Source: Cenarchaeum sp. (GTDB taxonomy: Archaea; Thermoproteota; Nitrososphaeria; Nitrososphaerales; Nitrosopumilaceae). Taken from it: a stretch of DNA of 64,000 bases. Made by a program: the position numbers and the translations under genes. Below the pieces are notes generated by a model. It had not been told where the DNA came from and did not search any database. It saw only the letters and a list, made by a program, of their open reading frames with translations. Shown here in pieces: positions 29,701 to 39,559 of the stretch. Numbering within the stretch: position 1 is the stretch's first letter; each line of letters starts with the position of its first letter. The DNA lies in contig CBDESU010000001.1 of the NCBI GenBank assembly GCA_965242695.1, positions 1,952,001 to 2,016,000 on the forward strand. The letters are read 5' to 3'.

Positions 29701-30220
29701 ACTCTAGGGCCCTCTTGAGGACCTGCCACTCCCTCTCGATGAACTCGTCCGTGTACGTCCAGTACGCGCCGTCGTGGCTCATGGACATCCCCAGGAGCCG
29801 GTCGGCGGCGACCCACCTCTCGTTGTACTTTTTCACGATCCTCTTGCACTCGGCGACTAGCCTCTCGACGCCGACCCCCTCCTCTATCTCGTCCCTGCCC
29901 CCCTCGATGCCGAGCTCCTTTTGCGCCTGCAGCTCGACGGGCAGGCCCTGCGTGTCCCAGCCGGCGTTGAACACGACGCGGGCGCCGCGCATCGTCGTGT
30001 ACCTGTACCAGTAGTCCTTGATGACGCGGCCGCGCAGGTGCCCCACGTGCGGCGTGCCGTTCATCGTGGGAGGGCCCTCTACGAACATGACGGTGCGGCG
30101 CGGCGCCCCGTCCGGGCCGGGGGAGGCGGCCACCTCCGCGTCCGCGTCGACGCCGTCCATGCGCCGCCGCACGGCGTCCTCGATCCCCTTGGCGTCAAAC
30201 TCCTTGGCCAGCCCCGCCAT
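26792..30220 (-). CDS. ileS: Isoleucine--tRNA ligase
   Basis: EGPPTMNG.PHVGH, GWDTQGLP, WTTMPFTL, WCISRERFWG, EGIDQTRGW, KMSKS. Confidence 0.97.
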   Translation of the reverse strand: MAGLAKEFDAKGIEDAVRRRMDGVDADAEVAASPGPDGAPRRTVMFVEGPPTMNGTPHVGHLRGRVIKDYWYRYTTMRGARVVFNAGWDTQGLPVELQAQKELGIEGGRDEIEEGVGVERLVAECKRIVKKYNERWVAADRLLGMSMSHDGAYWTYTDEFIEREWQVLKRALESNVLEADHTVIAYCPSCQTSLSHAEVNQGYEEVADPSLYYKVRLAGGDAGADPEYLVVWTTMPFTLVTDAMVGVHPDEEYRRVRVPAAAAGGGSGEVWIVGASRMEALLEEAGVSEYEEAGSVGGSELDGRRYEHPLYEKVPALRGLAEGGKGGAAFHTVVADRFVDSNAGSGLVHLSPANGEEDIRVARERGVAVFCPIDDAAVFTADAGAYSGSYVRDADRAIVDDLRAAGALVRIGRIRHKYPLCWRSRHRIVWLARRGWFYKLDRLGDAAVRAAGSAEYFFEQPRNRFLAIVGERHPWCISRERFWGCPLPAWTCSACGNTDWLFTRAEISEAAGKAGGRPAGELELHRPWLDRIAVACSRCGGRSEREPYVLDTWHNSGSAPYSSLGAAAHAEHVPVQFLTEGIDQTRGWAYTLLVEHVILSGGRPEAPFRSFLFQGHVLDEKGGKMSKSLGNVIDAEALLSEAPVDLVRLYLLWKASPIEPLSFDRKEVSARPYQVASTLYHLHLHHAQNSSYDGFDAAEHTVGWAAERSLLGHADRWLLSRLQGLVRYVTARSDACRLHEAVRAIDEFVVGAVSQSYVPAVRAELWDDGPDGRDRRLAIHAVMREALRAAVVMLHPACPFLTEHLYAEALGGRRSSVLLEPWPEPDESLVDEGVERSFGLLGEAASACAAARMKAGLKRRWPLGEAIVCVPERLGGAGPLESLPGGMLAERLNVERCEVRTLADAPAGSEGGKGGGGEGGGAQRVREMIRMGLPVEPTAALDRKKVGARAGRLMARLPAALDAIGGRAVAEALCRDGRIEVEVPDPAGARNAGEGDAPRGPPAGTPSIALTDGDFDIGFTAAGGYAAADHGGVVAFLSTRRSEEMAARGLLKDLARRIQSLRKERGCDPADMLDAASVAGLDARQAELLGPRAGELAFLVRARAVDFEGRCEGPYKDEDVDGQAVRIAIRRARDPGSGPGLG

Positions 30221-30689
30221 TTGCGGCGGCCGGGCGGGCCGCCAATTTAGGCGTGGCGGGCGGGTGCCGCCCGGGCGAAGCGTGGGAGGGCGGGTGCCGC
30301 CAAGGGCGCCATTGCGCGCTCATCGTGCACCGGCGCTCATTGTGCGCCCGCATCCAGCCGCAGCGGGCCGCCGCCGCGGCGCCAGTGGTTGCCGCGCGCA
30401 TGCGCGGCGCGCGCATACGGAGGCGGCCTGACGCGATGCGGACATCCGGCTCCCCGCCCGCGCTCGGACCCGCAGGCAGGAGGGTTTGGGGCGCGGGCGG
30501 CTTTTTGCGGCGCGCGGCTCGGTCAGCAGGGCCGGGACCGCGTCCCAGCCGCGTTTCCGCCACGCGGCCGCGCGAGCGGCAGGCTGCAAAGGGCCGGCAG
30601 GGATCAGCCGCCGCCCCCATGAGCCATAGCCGCCAATGCTGGCCACATGGCGAACGGGCGCCAAGGCGCATCGCAAGGGCCCCGCAGCG

Positions 30690-30801
30690 GCCTTTCTTTC
30701 CCGCGCCGGCGGCATCCCCGATCTTCGAATTTGCTTGGAGAGATGGGAATGACCCCTCCCCCCCCCATCGGCCCTTCTTTCCCGCGCCGGAAGCATCCCC
30801 G
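30690..30801. repeat. Imperfect ~30-bp direct repeat
   Basis: ttctttcccgcgccgg(cg/aa)gcatccccg at ~30694 and ~30775. Confidence 0.65.
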
Positions 30802-30904
30802 CACAGGGCGTCCCCCGCTAGGCAATGGCCAACGGGCTCCCGTGCGCCCTTGCCGCGGCCGCGTCTTGCTTTTTGCCCAGTGTCGACTGGGCGTATTGTG
30901 GGGG

Positions 30905-31507
30905 CTACCCTGCGAGCACCTTTTGCACGTGCCGGATGTATTCCTCTACCGTGTACGTTTTGCCGTCAAAGCGCCCCTGTCTTATGTCGGCAAGGGCTTG
31001 CTCGATCTCCGGATCGAGGTTCGGCTCGTAGTCGTAGTCGCCATAGGCGCCACCGGAAATTCCGGCCACGACGTCCGTGGTCATGATGCTTGCGGTGTAT
31101 TCTGGACGCGCATTGCATATGTCTCCCAGCAGGGACGGCCACGACTTTTTGTCAAGGCCAGAAAGCTTTGCACGGAGGGTTTTGAGGATTGACCCGTGCT
31201 CCAAGTCCAGCCTGCGCAGTATGGCAAGCCCCTTGGGCTCTAGCGCGTACATGTAGTAGCTCCGCCCGCCTGATACCGGTTTGGTTCTTTCGCCAAGTAT
31301 CCCGGATTCCACGCATCGGCGCACGTCCAGATCAAGGGCGCGGCTGTACGGGCCGCAGTTGTGCGGCCTCCAGTCCTGGTAGAGGCCGAAGCGCACCAGA
31401 TCATCCCGGTACAGCTCGGACGCCAGGAAGGCGTACTTTTGCAGGCGCATCCTGCCGTGAATTGAGAGGTCGTTCACCAGGACTACGACCCGCTCCATGC
31501 CCGCCAT
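30905..31507 (-). CDS. SocA/Panacea (DUF4065)/YwgA-like antitoxin-family protein
   Basis: GRMRLQKYAFL...HNCGPYS motif pair; tail PEIEQALADIRQGR. Confidence 0.6.
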   Translation of the reverse strand: MAGMERVVVLVNDLSIHGRMRLQKYAFLASELYRDDLVRFGLYQDWRPHNCGPYSRALDLDVRRCVESGILGERTKPVSGGRSYYMYALEPKGLAILRRLDLEHGSILKTLRAKLSGLDKKSWPSLLGDICNARPEYTASIMTTDVVAGISGGAYGDYDYEPNLDPEIEQALADIRQGRFDGKTYTVEEYIRHVQKVLAG

Positions 31508-31812
31508 TGCAGGGCAAAAAACTGCGTCGCGTATAACTGCTTGGCGCGCCCTGCGGCGCCTCGCGCGGGGGCGACGACGCGGAGCGGATGCGCGCAGGCG
31601 CAGGGAGTGCAAGCCGGTGCGGGCAGGCGCAGGCATGGGCGGCCCGGCCGCGGCGTGCCGGCGCGGCGCCGACAGACGGGCATCGGCGCGCATGAAAAGG
31701 CCCCTCATCCCCCTCCCCACCGCATGGAGGCGGAGGGGGCAGGAATGCGGGGCCGCGGCAGGCCGCCGCCGGGTCGAATTGATATACGGCGGGGTGCCCG
31801 CGCGTTTTGGGC

Positions 31813-33165
31813 ATGGCCGAAAAGTTCCTCATCTGCGGTAGCGGCGGCAGGGAGGCGGCGTTTGCCGCGCGGCTCGCCGGCGACGCGCGCGTGTACGCGG
31901 TCGTCGGCCACGAGAACCCCGGCATAGTCGACAGCGTCGGCAGGTCGGGCGGCGCCCACGCAGTCGGCGATGCCGGCGACCCCGAGTCGGTCGTCGGCTT
32001 TGCAAAGAGGCACTCGGTCGACTTTGCGTTCGTCAACGCCGACCAGCCGCTGGCCAACGGTGTCGTCGATGCACTTCTGGAAGCCGGCATCCGCACGGCC
32101 GGCGCAACGAGGGCCGCCTCGCGCATCGAGTGGGACAAGATATACTCGATGGGCCTCGTCGAGAGAGCCTGCCCCGAGATTGCGCCGTTCAACGTCGTGG
32201 TGCGCAGCGCAACAGAGGCCGACGCGGCCGTCGAGCAGTTCAAGTCGCGCGGAATGCAGGTGGTCGTAAAGCCCGAGGGGCTCACCGGCGGCAAGGGCGT
32301 AAGGGTCATGCCCGAGCACCTCGCAACGTACGGCGATGCGAATGCATACGCAAAGGAGCTCCTCGCAAGGGGCCGCCCCGGCGAGGGCGTGCTCCTGGTC
32401 GAGAGGCTGGAGGGCGCCGAGTTTACGATAATGGGGATCACGGACGGCAGGCGCCTGGCCCTGGCCCCCGCAAGCTACGACTACCCGTACAGGCACGAGG
32501 GCGACACGGGGCCCGGCACGGGCGGGATGGGCTGCTTTACCGAGGCGTCGGGCAGGCTGCCGTTCCTGTCGGATGCAGACGCGGAGCGGTGCCGCTCGGC
32601 CATGGAAAGAACAATCAGGGCCATGCGGGACGAGGGGCACCCGTTCAACGGCGTCCTCAACGGGGGCTTCTTCAAGACGGCCGGAGGCATCCGGTTCATG
32701 GAGTTCAACGCGCGCTTTGGCGACCCCGAAGTCCTCAACGTTCTCTCCGTAATGGAGGGATCGTTCTCAAGGGTCGTCGCCGGCCTGGCGGACGGCGATC
32801 TGGCAGGGGGCGCCGTCAGGTTTGCCAAGAGGTCGAGCGTGACAAAGTACCTGGTGGCAAAAGAGTACCCCGGCGAGAGCGAGCATGCCATACCATTCTC
32901 CGTCGACGAGGGCGCCGCGGCCGCGGCCGGCGTCGATACCATTCCCGCATCGTGCGTGCGCGTCGGCGAGGGCAGGTACGAGACCATACGCAAGTCTCGC
33001 GCGATGGCGTTCGGCGCCGTGGCCGGCACGGTGGAGGAGGCCGCCGGGATGGTCGACGCGGCGATAGACGGGCACTTTGACGGAAGGCTGGAGTATAGGC
33101 GCGACATCGGCTCGGCCGCCAACCTGGAGAGGCTCAGGGCGGCCGTTCCGGCCCCTGGATCCTGA
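31813..33165 (+). CDS. purD: Phosphoribosylamine--glycine ligase
   Basis: GSGGRE, KPEGLTGGKGV, GDTGPGTGGMG, EFNARFGDPE. Confidence 0.96.
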   Translation: MAEKFLICGSGGREAAFAARLAGDARVYAVVGHENPGIVDSVGRSGGAHAVGDAGDPESVVGFAKRHSVDFAFVNADQPLANGVVDALLEAGIRTAGATRAASRIEWDKIYSMGLVERACPEIAPFNVVVRSATEADAAVEQFKSRGMQVVVKPEGLTGGKGVRVMPEHLATYGDANAYAKELLARGRPGEGVLLVERLEGAEFTIMGITDGRRLALAPASYDYPYRHEGDTGPGTGGMGCFTEASGRLPFLSDADAERCRSAMERTIRAMRDEGHPFNGVLNGGFFKTAGGIRFMEFNARFGDPEVLNVLSVMEGSFSRVVAGLADGDLAGGAVRFAKRSSVTKYLVAKEYPGESEHAIPFSVDEGAAAAAGVDTIPASCVRVGEGRYETIRKSRAMAFGAVAGTVEEAAGMVDAAIDGHFDGRLEYRRDIGSAANLERLRAAVPAPGS

Positions 33166-33175
33166 CGGCGCGCCG

Positions 33176-33793
33176 TCACGGGCTGGCCGCGGCGGCGGCG
33201 CCGCCCCGCGCCCGAAACACCCCCCTCTCGGTGACGACGCACTTGACGGGAACGTCCAAGGCGCCCGACGGCATGCTCCCGACGACCTGCTTGTGGAACG
33301 CCAGGGCCATCGTGCTGGACGTCTGGCCGCCCTCTCCCCCCGCCAGGAACCGGTCGTAGTAGCCGCCCCCGTACCCGAGCCTGTCCCCGCGTATGGTGAC
33401 CCCGACGGCCGGAACGATGACCAGGTCGGGGGAGGGGCACTCTGGGCACGACGCCCTCGGCTCCATTATCCCGAACATGCCGTCCCCGCCCCAGCCGCCG
33501 CGCTCGAGGCCTCGCAGGTCGCCGACTAGCCGGAACGCGATCGACCCGCCCGAGACGCGCGGCAGGCACACTCGCTTGCCGCGGCTTGCCGCCTCCTGCA
33601 TGATGTCCTGTGTGGGCACCTCGCTGCCCGTCGGGTAGTAGCAGGCTACCGTCGAGGCGGCGGCAAACTCTGGCGATGCCCTGACGCGCTCGAATATCCG
33701 GCGGCCGGCCAGCTGCGCCATCTCGTGCGATATCGAGTCGCGCCGGCGCAGGAGAAGCCTGCGCAGCGCGGCCTTGTCAGAGGCCGCGCCCAT
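33176..33793 (-). CDS. 5-formyltetrahydrofolate cyclo-ligase
   Basis: FGIMEP, DLVIVPAV, RLGYGGGYYDR. Confidence 0.93.
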   Translation of the reverse strand: MGAASDKAALRRLLLRRRDSISHEMAQLAGRRIFERVRASPEFAAASTVACYYPTGSEVPTQDIMQEAASRGKRVCLPRVSGGSIAFRLVGDLRGLERGGWGGDGMFGIMEPRASCPECPSPDLVIVPAVGVTIRGDRLGYGGGYYDRFLAGGEGGQTSSTMALAFHKQVVGSMPSGALDVPVKCVVTERGVFRARGGAAAAASP

Positions 33794-34688
33794 CGGCCCC
33801 ACGCCCGCCGCCGGCCCCGCCGGCCGTCCCGCCTGCGCGCGATGCGGCCGCCAGCGTGTTCCTCAGCAGCATCGCGACGGTCATCGGGCCGACGCCGCCG
33901 GGAACCGGCGTCGCGTACGACGCCCTCTCGATTATTCCGTCGTAGTCCGCATCGCCGGCCAGCCTCCCGTCGGCCTCCCTGGAAATGGCCACGTCGACGA
34001 CGACGGCTCCGTCCCGTATCATGTCGGCCGTGAGCGTGAATCTGTCCCTGTCGCCGACGGCGGTCACGACAATGTCGGCGCGCGCCGTGTGCGACGCCAG
34101 GCTCCTTGTCCTAGAGTGGCACACCGTAACGGTCGCATCCCTGCGCAGCAGGAGGTGAGCTAGCGGGCGCCCGACGAGCCCGCTCCTTCCCACGACGACC
34201 ACGTCCTTGCCGCGCAGCGCTATCCCGTAGTAGTCGAGGAGCTCTACGATGCCGGCCGGCGTGCACGGCACGAGCGCCGAGGATGCGGCCCCCGATGCGA
34301 GCAGGCCGGCGTTGTGCGCCGTAAGGCCGTCGACGTCCTTGGCAGGCGACACGAGCGAGACGGCCCGCTGCGCATCAAGGCCGCCCGGCAGGGGGAGCTG
34401 GACGAGTATCCCGTGGACGGCCCCGTCGGCGTTGAGCCCCCTGATCAGGCCGTCGAGCTCGTCCTGCCGCGCGCCGCCCTCAAGGCGGTGGTCGCGCGTC
34501 TCGATGCCCGCCCTTGTGCAGGCCCCGTGCTTGTTGCGCACGTATGTGGCCGACGCCGGATCGTCGCCTACGAGCACGGTGGCAAGACACGGCGCGATGC
34601 CGCCGGCGCGGAGGCGGGCCGCCTCGTCGGCCGCCGCGGCGACGACCTCGGCCGCCACGCGCTTGCCGTCCATGCGGATGCCGACCAT
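33777..34688 (-). CDS. folD: Methylenetetrahydrofolate dehydrogenase/cyclohydrolase
   Basis: YVRNK, GILVQLPLP, KDVDG, PCTP, TPVPGGVGPMT. Confidence 0.96.
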   Translation of the reverse strand: MVGIRMDGKRVAAEVVAAAADEAARLRAGGIAPCLATVLVGDDPASATYVRNKHGACTRAGIETRDHRLEGGARQDELDGLIRGLNADGAVHGILVQLPLPGGLDAQRAVSLVSPAKDVDGLTAHNAGLLASGAASSALVPCTPAGIVELLDYYGIALRGKDVVVVGRSGLVGRPLAHLLLRRDATVTVCHSRTRSLASHTARADIVVTAVGDRDRFTLTADMIRDGAVVVDVAISREADGRLAGDADYDGIIERASYATPVPGGVGPMTVAMLLRNTLAAASRAGGTAGGAGGGRGADGRGL

Positions 34689-34933
34689 GCGCGGCGGCAG
34701 GCGGCGCCGTATTTATGGATGGGGTTGCCAAGGGGCGTGCGCCTGCGGCCGATCCTGGCGGCGTTTGGCGGCGTGCAGGCAGCGCGTGGAGGCGGGCGCG
34801 CCGCTAGTTCGCTCGGGGAGGCTCGGGCGTGCTGGGCGTCGAGGTTGTGCGGGGGCGGGATCGAGGGGCCGCCGCCCGTCGAGACCGGGACGCACTGGTG
34901 GCACGATCGGCGGCATCTGCACGTCCGAGAGGG

Positions 34934-34940
34934 TTTATAA
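34934..34940 (+). promoter_or_regulatory. Archaeal TATA box upstream of cassette copy 3
   Basis: TTTATAA in GC-rich DNA, about 34 nt before the ATG at 34974. Confidence 0.55.
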
Positions 34941-34973
34941 CCATCTACCCGTGGTGCAGGCTGTCGAATCAGC

Positions 34974-35375
34974 ATGACAATGATGAGTTTGTGGCTGTCG
35001 AGGCTCTGCACGGGCAGGGAGTCGCTAAGTCAAATACGCGATGTCCTTGCAAAGGCCAAGGCTGGAGGCGGCGCATACATGCCGTCGGCGCAGGAGCAGA
35101 AAGACGTTCTGGCCGTCCTCACGCCCCTAGCCAATGCCGTCAACGACAGGTTCATTTTCTCGCATCGCGTGAACGCCGCAGAGCTTGCCGCACTGTTGCG
35201 GGAGCAACACCGCGACGGCTGGGCAGAATGCAGGGATGCAGTGACGGAGGCTGAGGCCAGGATCAGTTCCAACAACGGGCCGCTTGACAGCGACGATGTG
35301 TTGGCCCTGCGCCTTGTAGCCGACGCACTAGATGAGCAGTGTGCCAACCTGTGGGCCAGGACAGGCGGGTACTGA
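34974..35375 (+). CDS. Uncharacterised small helical protein (cassette copy 3, gene A)
   Basis: Shares GGAY, LTPLANAVND and LREQH..W with copies 1 and 2; ends RTGGY; TGATG overlap. Confidence 0.8.
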   Translation: MTMMSLWLSRLCTGRESLSQIRDVLAKAKAGGGAYMPSAQEQKDVLAVLTPLANAVNDRFIFSHRVNAAELAALLREQHRDGWAECRDAVTEAEARISSNNGPLDSDDVLALRLVADALDEQCANLWARTGGY

Positions 35376-36531
35376 TGCCCATACCTACGGACTATGCAGA
35401 TGCGTTGATATGCGAGGAGATTGCAAGAACCCGCGCCATGATGGGGCTTGTCCCTTACCCACTCAAGATGGCGCCCTTGAGGGGCTGGCAGAGAGGTGCA
35501 CATACGTCTTAAAGGAGGGCGCCTCTACACTCGAGTCACTGCGCACGGATGTCCGTTCCGGCGGCGATGTCGGAGCCGTCATGGAGGGCGTGAGCTTGTG
35601 CATTACGAGCATCCTAGACATTGAAGAGTACGGCCTGCCCCCGCTACAGTGCCAGACCAATGAAATGGCCCTGCTCAACGTGGTCCTACGCAGACTGCAT
35701 GACGAAATGTCGCTCCCCTTTCCGCGCCCGACGGCCTGCTGCATCTCCAACCAGCACTACGCTTCGCACATTCCGACCAACACCATATACACGCCCATAG
35801 GCGAATCGAGGTCCATTCAACACTTTCCGCACCTATACCATGAGCTCGGTCACTACCTGTTCTATGCCCTCGAAGATCCTAGGCTGATGCCGTTGCGCGA
35901 GGGGTTTAAGCAGGCTGCAGCCACGGTCAATGCGCACTACACAGGCCTAGAGCAGGACGGGACAGAGACACACAATCGTCCGCACACAAAGGGCTTCGCA
36001 ACGCAGGTGCGCGCGCAGTGGACAGAGTGGCTCATAGAGGCCCTGTGCGACCTGCTCGGGGTGTTCGGCGGGGGGCCGGCCAGCGCATGGGCGTACCTGC
36101 ACATGGTGGCCAAGAGGCGCTTTCCCGTGTACGGGCTGGGTGCGCTTGTGCCGCAGTCGCACCCTCCCAGCGACGCAAGAATGGCGATGATGTGCGCAGG
36201 GCTGAGGCTGTCCGGATTCGTCAAGGATGCGGACGTGATATGGGCCAGGTGGAAGGATGTGGTGGACACGGTCGACGGATCGCCGGACGCAATGTACCGG
36301 CATGTGGCTCCAGAGGGCCTCCTGCGCGACATAGTGTGCATCATCTACGAGTCGCTCGGCAAGACGAGCGTGGTCATGTACGATCCCGGCTCGCGCGGGA
36401 GGGAAGGCTCAAGCATGCGCACACTGCTCAACGATGCGTGGGACGTCTTTTGGCGGTCGCGGGAGGGCGAGTACCAGGAATGGGAGGCGGCCGAACTGGA
36501 CAGGCTAGTCCGAATGGCGGCGCAGACGTAG
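35375..36531 (+). pseudogene. HExxH peptidase-like gene with a 1-nt deletion near 35470 (cassette copy 3, gene B)
   Basis: The ATG 35375 frame reads MPIPTDYADALICEEIARTRAMMGLVPYPLKM (homologous to copy 2) and stops at 35510-35512. Homology continues in another frame (ALEGLAERC...HELGH...SHPP). Confidence 0.75.
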
Positions 36532-36576
36532 CCGGCAGATCCGGCTGCGGCTGCGGCTGCAGGGCCGTGCCGGCCG

Positions 36577-37941
36577 CTACTGCCCTCCGGACATCTCGAC
36601 GCCGGCGCCAATCCGGCGCAGTTCGTCAAAGTACGACGGGTACGATATCGAGACGCTGCCGGCATCGCGCACGACGGCGCCGGATGCGCCGGATGCGAGC
36701 CCCGCAAGCGACAGGGCCATGGCCACGCGGTGGTCCGACACGCCCCTGCCGCCGTCGGCGCTAAAGTCGTAGCGCGGCATGCCGGCTACGGGCGGCCTGC
36801 CGTGCACGGTCATCTCGTCGCGCCCCGACTCGGTGCGCACGCCGTGCCGGCCGAGCTCCCTCTCGATCACGGCTATGCGATCGGTCTCCTTTGTGCGGAT
36901 CTGCGGCATGCCGTGCAGCCGGGTCGAGCCCGAGGCGTGCGCGCCAAGGACGGCCATTACCGGAAACAGGTCCGGCGTGGCCGACAGGTCTGCCTCGATC
37001 CCCTCCAGTGCGAACGGGCCTCGCACGCGCAGATCCGCGCCGCCGGTGCGCTCCTCTATCGCAGCGCCCATCCGGCGCAGCAGGCCGACGATCGCGCGGT
37101 CACCCTGCCGGTCGCCCGGGTCGAGGCCGCGGACGGTCACGTCGGACTCGGCCAGGCAGGCGGCGGCTAGAAAGAACGCCGCCTGCGAGTAGTCGCCCGG
37201 CACCTCGTACACGGCCGGCGGGGACGGCCTCTGCCCGCTCTCCACAAAAAACGTGCCGGCCGCATAGTCGGCGTCCACCCGCATGCCGAACGCCCCGAGC
37301 GCCTCGACGGTCATCTCCACGTACGGCCTCGAGACTAGCGGCCCGCGCACCTCGACCGCAGTGTCGGAAGAGGCCAGGCCGGCGGCGATCAGCAGGGCCG
37401 AGACGTGCTGCGAGCTCTCCCCGGCCTTGACGGCCGCCGTCCCGCCTGCGATCCCGCCGCCTGCCATGATCGGCGCGTACACCTCGGGCCTGCCGCGGGC
37501 ATCATCGCGCCGCTCCCCGTCTGCCGCGGCCCCGAGCGAGCGGAGGGCCCCGACAAGCGCCCCCGTCGGCCGGGTCCGCAGCGACGCGTCCCCCGTGACG
37601 GTCACGCGGCCCGTCGACAGGGCGGCCATGGCGACGACGATGCGCAGGGCCGTTCCCGAGTTGCCCACGCTTACAGTGCACGACGCCGACGGCTTCCCGG
37701 CCCCGAGGCCGCGCACGCGAAAGGAGCGGGAACCGGCATCGACGCGCGCGCCGAGCGCGCGGCAGGCTCCCGCCATGGCGCGGTTTGCGTCAGAGTCAGA
37801 CGCGTTTGCAATCTCGACATCCCCGCCGTACAGCGTCGCGGCAGCCAGCGCCCTGTGCGTGTACGACTTTGACCCCGGGGCCGTGACGATTCCGCGCAGG
37901 CCGTCCGCCGGCGGGCGGACCAGCGCATCCGTGCGGATCAC
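36577..37941 (-). CDS. aroA: 3-phosphoshikimate 1-carboxyvinyltransferase (EPSP synthase)
   Basis: PGSKSYTHR, VGNSGT, ESSQHVS, KETDRI, SDHRVAM; GTGA overlap with the upstream gene. Confidence 0.95.
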   Translation of the reverse strand: MIRTDALVRPPADGLRGIVTAPGSKSYTHRALAAATLYGGDVEIANASDSDANRAMAGACRALGARVDAGSRSFRVRGLGAGKPSASCTVSVGNSGTALRIVVAMAALSTGRVTVTGDASLRTRPTGALVGALRSLGAAADGERRDDARGRPEVYAPIMAGGGIAGGTAAVKAGESSQHVSALLIAAGLASSDTAVEVRGPLVSRPYVEMTVEALGAFGMRVDADYAAGTFFVESGQRPSPPAVYEVPGDYSQAAFFLAAACLAESDVTVRGLDPGDRQGDRAIVGLLRRMGAAIEERTGGADLRVRGPFALEGIEADLSATPDLFPVMAVLGAHASGSTRLHGMPQIRTKETDRIAVIERELGRHGVRTESGRDEMTVHGRPPVAGMPRYDFSADGGRGVSDHRVAMALSLAGLASGASGAVVRDAGSVSISYPSYFDELRRIGAGVEMSGGQ

Positions 37942-38918
37942 CGGCTGCGCGGCGCGGCGCGAAACGAGGCGCGGCCCGGGCGGCGGCCGCTTGCCGCCCC
38001 TGGCGCGGGGGCGGGGGCCGCGGCGTACAGGCCGGCCGCGAGCAGCAGGGCAAGGGCCGCGGCTCCGTGCTGGAGCGGGGCGGCGTTCGCGTCCCCCTCG
38101 TCGCCCGGCGCGGCTACGGCGACTGCCGGCGCGATGAGCGCCTTCACCGCGTCGCGCAGCGCAGGGCTCTGCCGCTCGAGGTCGGCGACGGCCGGCGAGA
38201 ACGCATAGTACGCAAAGCTCAGGGCCGAGACCAGGTCGCGGCCGGGCCACGACGCGAGCGGCGGCACCTCGCGCAGCTCGCGCAGGCGCTGCACCTGCGG
38301 GGCCAGTTCCGTTCCGTATGCGGCGGTCGCAATCAGGCAGCCGCCACCGCCCTCCGGCCCGCCGCCATCTTCGGCCGGCGCCGGGTCGGGCGGGTCGGGG
38401 GCGCGCGTCGCGGTCGGAGGCACGCAGGGGGAATCCTCGGCGGGCGGCGGGCCGGCCGTCACGTTGATCGTAAACGACCTCTTGAGCTTTATCGTCTGCG
38501 TCGCCGACTCTTCCTTTGCCGCGGTGACGGCCCCGCCGTACGATCCGGCAGGCGTGCCGTCGGGCACCGCTGTGCGCAGGGTCGTAAACTGGCGCGGCGT
38601 GTCGGCGGTGAGGACGAGCGACGGCGGGTCCAGCTCGACAAACTCGGCCGCCTCGCCTGCCACCTCGAAGACGACCGTCATTCCGGCCGGCGGTATCGCA
38701 AGGACGTCCCGCTCGCTGACGACAAACCGCGACTCGGCGCAGCCGCCGGCCGGCAGCGACTTGTCCATCGGGAGGGACGGGCTCATCTCGTACGCGAACG
38801 CGGCGTCGGCAGGCGGCGCGGCGGCCAAGTGGCCGGCAAGGGCCGCCACTACAGCGGCGGCCGCTAGCAGCGCCGCGTGAGGGCGGGACGGGGCGCCGGG
38901 GCGCCGCAGAGGTTGCAT
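37938..38918 (-). CDS. Exported protein with CFI-box-CTERM domain
   Basis: Hydrophobic signal segment, Pro-rich linker, GGGCLIATAAYGTELAPQVQRLRELR, YYAFSPAVAD, C-terminal hydrophobic anchor. Confidence 0.82.
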   Translation of the reverse strand: MQPLRRPGAPSRPHAALLAAAAVVAALAGHLAAAPPADAAFAYEMSPSLPMDKSLPAGGCAESRFVVSERDVLAIPPAGMTVVFEVAGEAAEFVELDPPSLVLTADTPRQFTTLRTAVPDGTPAGSYGGAVTAAKEESATQTIKLKRSFTINVTAGPPPAEDSPCVPPTATRAPDPPDPAPAEDGGGPEGGGGCLIATAAYGTELAPQVQRLRELREVPPLASWPGRDLVSALSFAYYAFSPAVADLERQSPALRDAVKALIAPAVAVAAPGDEGDANAAPLQHGAAALALLLAAGLYAAAPAPAPGAASGRRPGRASFRAAPRSR

Positions 38919-39012
38919 GGGCGCGCGGCGCGGCCAAACCATTTCGTATAAACCGTGCGGGGCGCGGCGCGGCGCGGCGCGGCGGACAGGCACGCCCCTC
39001 CACCCGCCCGGC

Positions 39013-39240
39013 CTACGGCCACCGCCCCTCCTCCTCGGCCTTGTAGATGGCATTGTTGATCTGCGAGAGGAGTTTTTTCTTTGACCGCGCCGCCCTTCTG
39101 CTGTGGCCGTAGTCGTGCACCTCGACGAGCGACTGAAGGCGCTTGAGATCGGCCAGTCCGAGCCGCTTGAAGCCGCGCCTCGAGACCTCGTCGAGAAGCC
39201 GCACGCGATCCCTGTCGTCGTCGGTGACCCTGTAGTCCAT
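39013..39240 (-). CDS. Small hypothetical protein
   Basis: 75-aa charged helical ORF; CTTAAA about 25 nt upstream. Confidence 0.65.
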   Translation of the reverse strand: MDYRVTDDDRDRVRLLDEVSRRGFKRLGLADLKRLQSLVEVHDYGHSRRAARSKKKLLSQINNAIYKAEEEGRWP

Positions 39241-39423
39241 GCCCCGCCGTCCTGCACGCCGCCTTTAAGCGTATGTGTGGATGCAGGGTGGTCAAGCGCG
39301 AGGCAGTGATGTCCGTGACCATCGGTTGGACGATCGTGGGAATGCCGCGCCAAGTAGCAGAAGCATTCCACGGACCGAGGTTGCCCACAGGAGGATCGCT
39401 GCAGAGCCTACATCGTGCAGTGT

Positions 39424-39494
39424 CCCCCTCCCCCCCCCCCCGCCCGCCCGCCCGCCCGCCCGCCCGCCGCCGCCGCGGCGGCGGCGGCGGCGGC
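39424..39494. repeat. Low-complexity tract: poly-C, (GCCC)n, (GCC)n/(GGC)n
   Basis: Read directly; borders the lower-GC cassette. Confidence 0.8.
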
Positions 39495-39559
39495 AAGCGC
39501 CCGGTCGCGGGTCCAGGAGGGCTGTCGGTTGTTTTTCAAGGATGTGAATAATTGATGCA

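Noticed and set aside
2436-38137. Many long overlapping ORFs rich in Arg/Ala/Gly/Pro (e.g. 2436..4007, 26114..28090, 28121..29707)
   Set aside because: Antisense or shifted shadow frames of recognisable genes in very GC-rich DNA; no motifs
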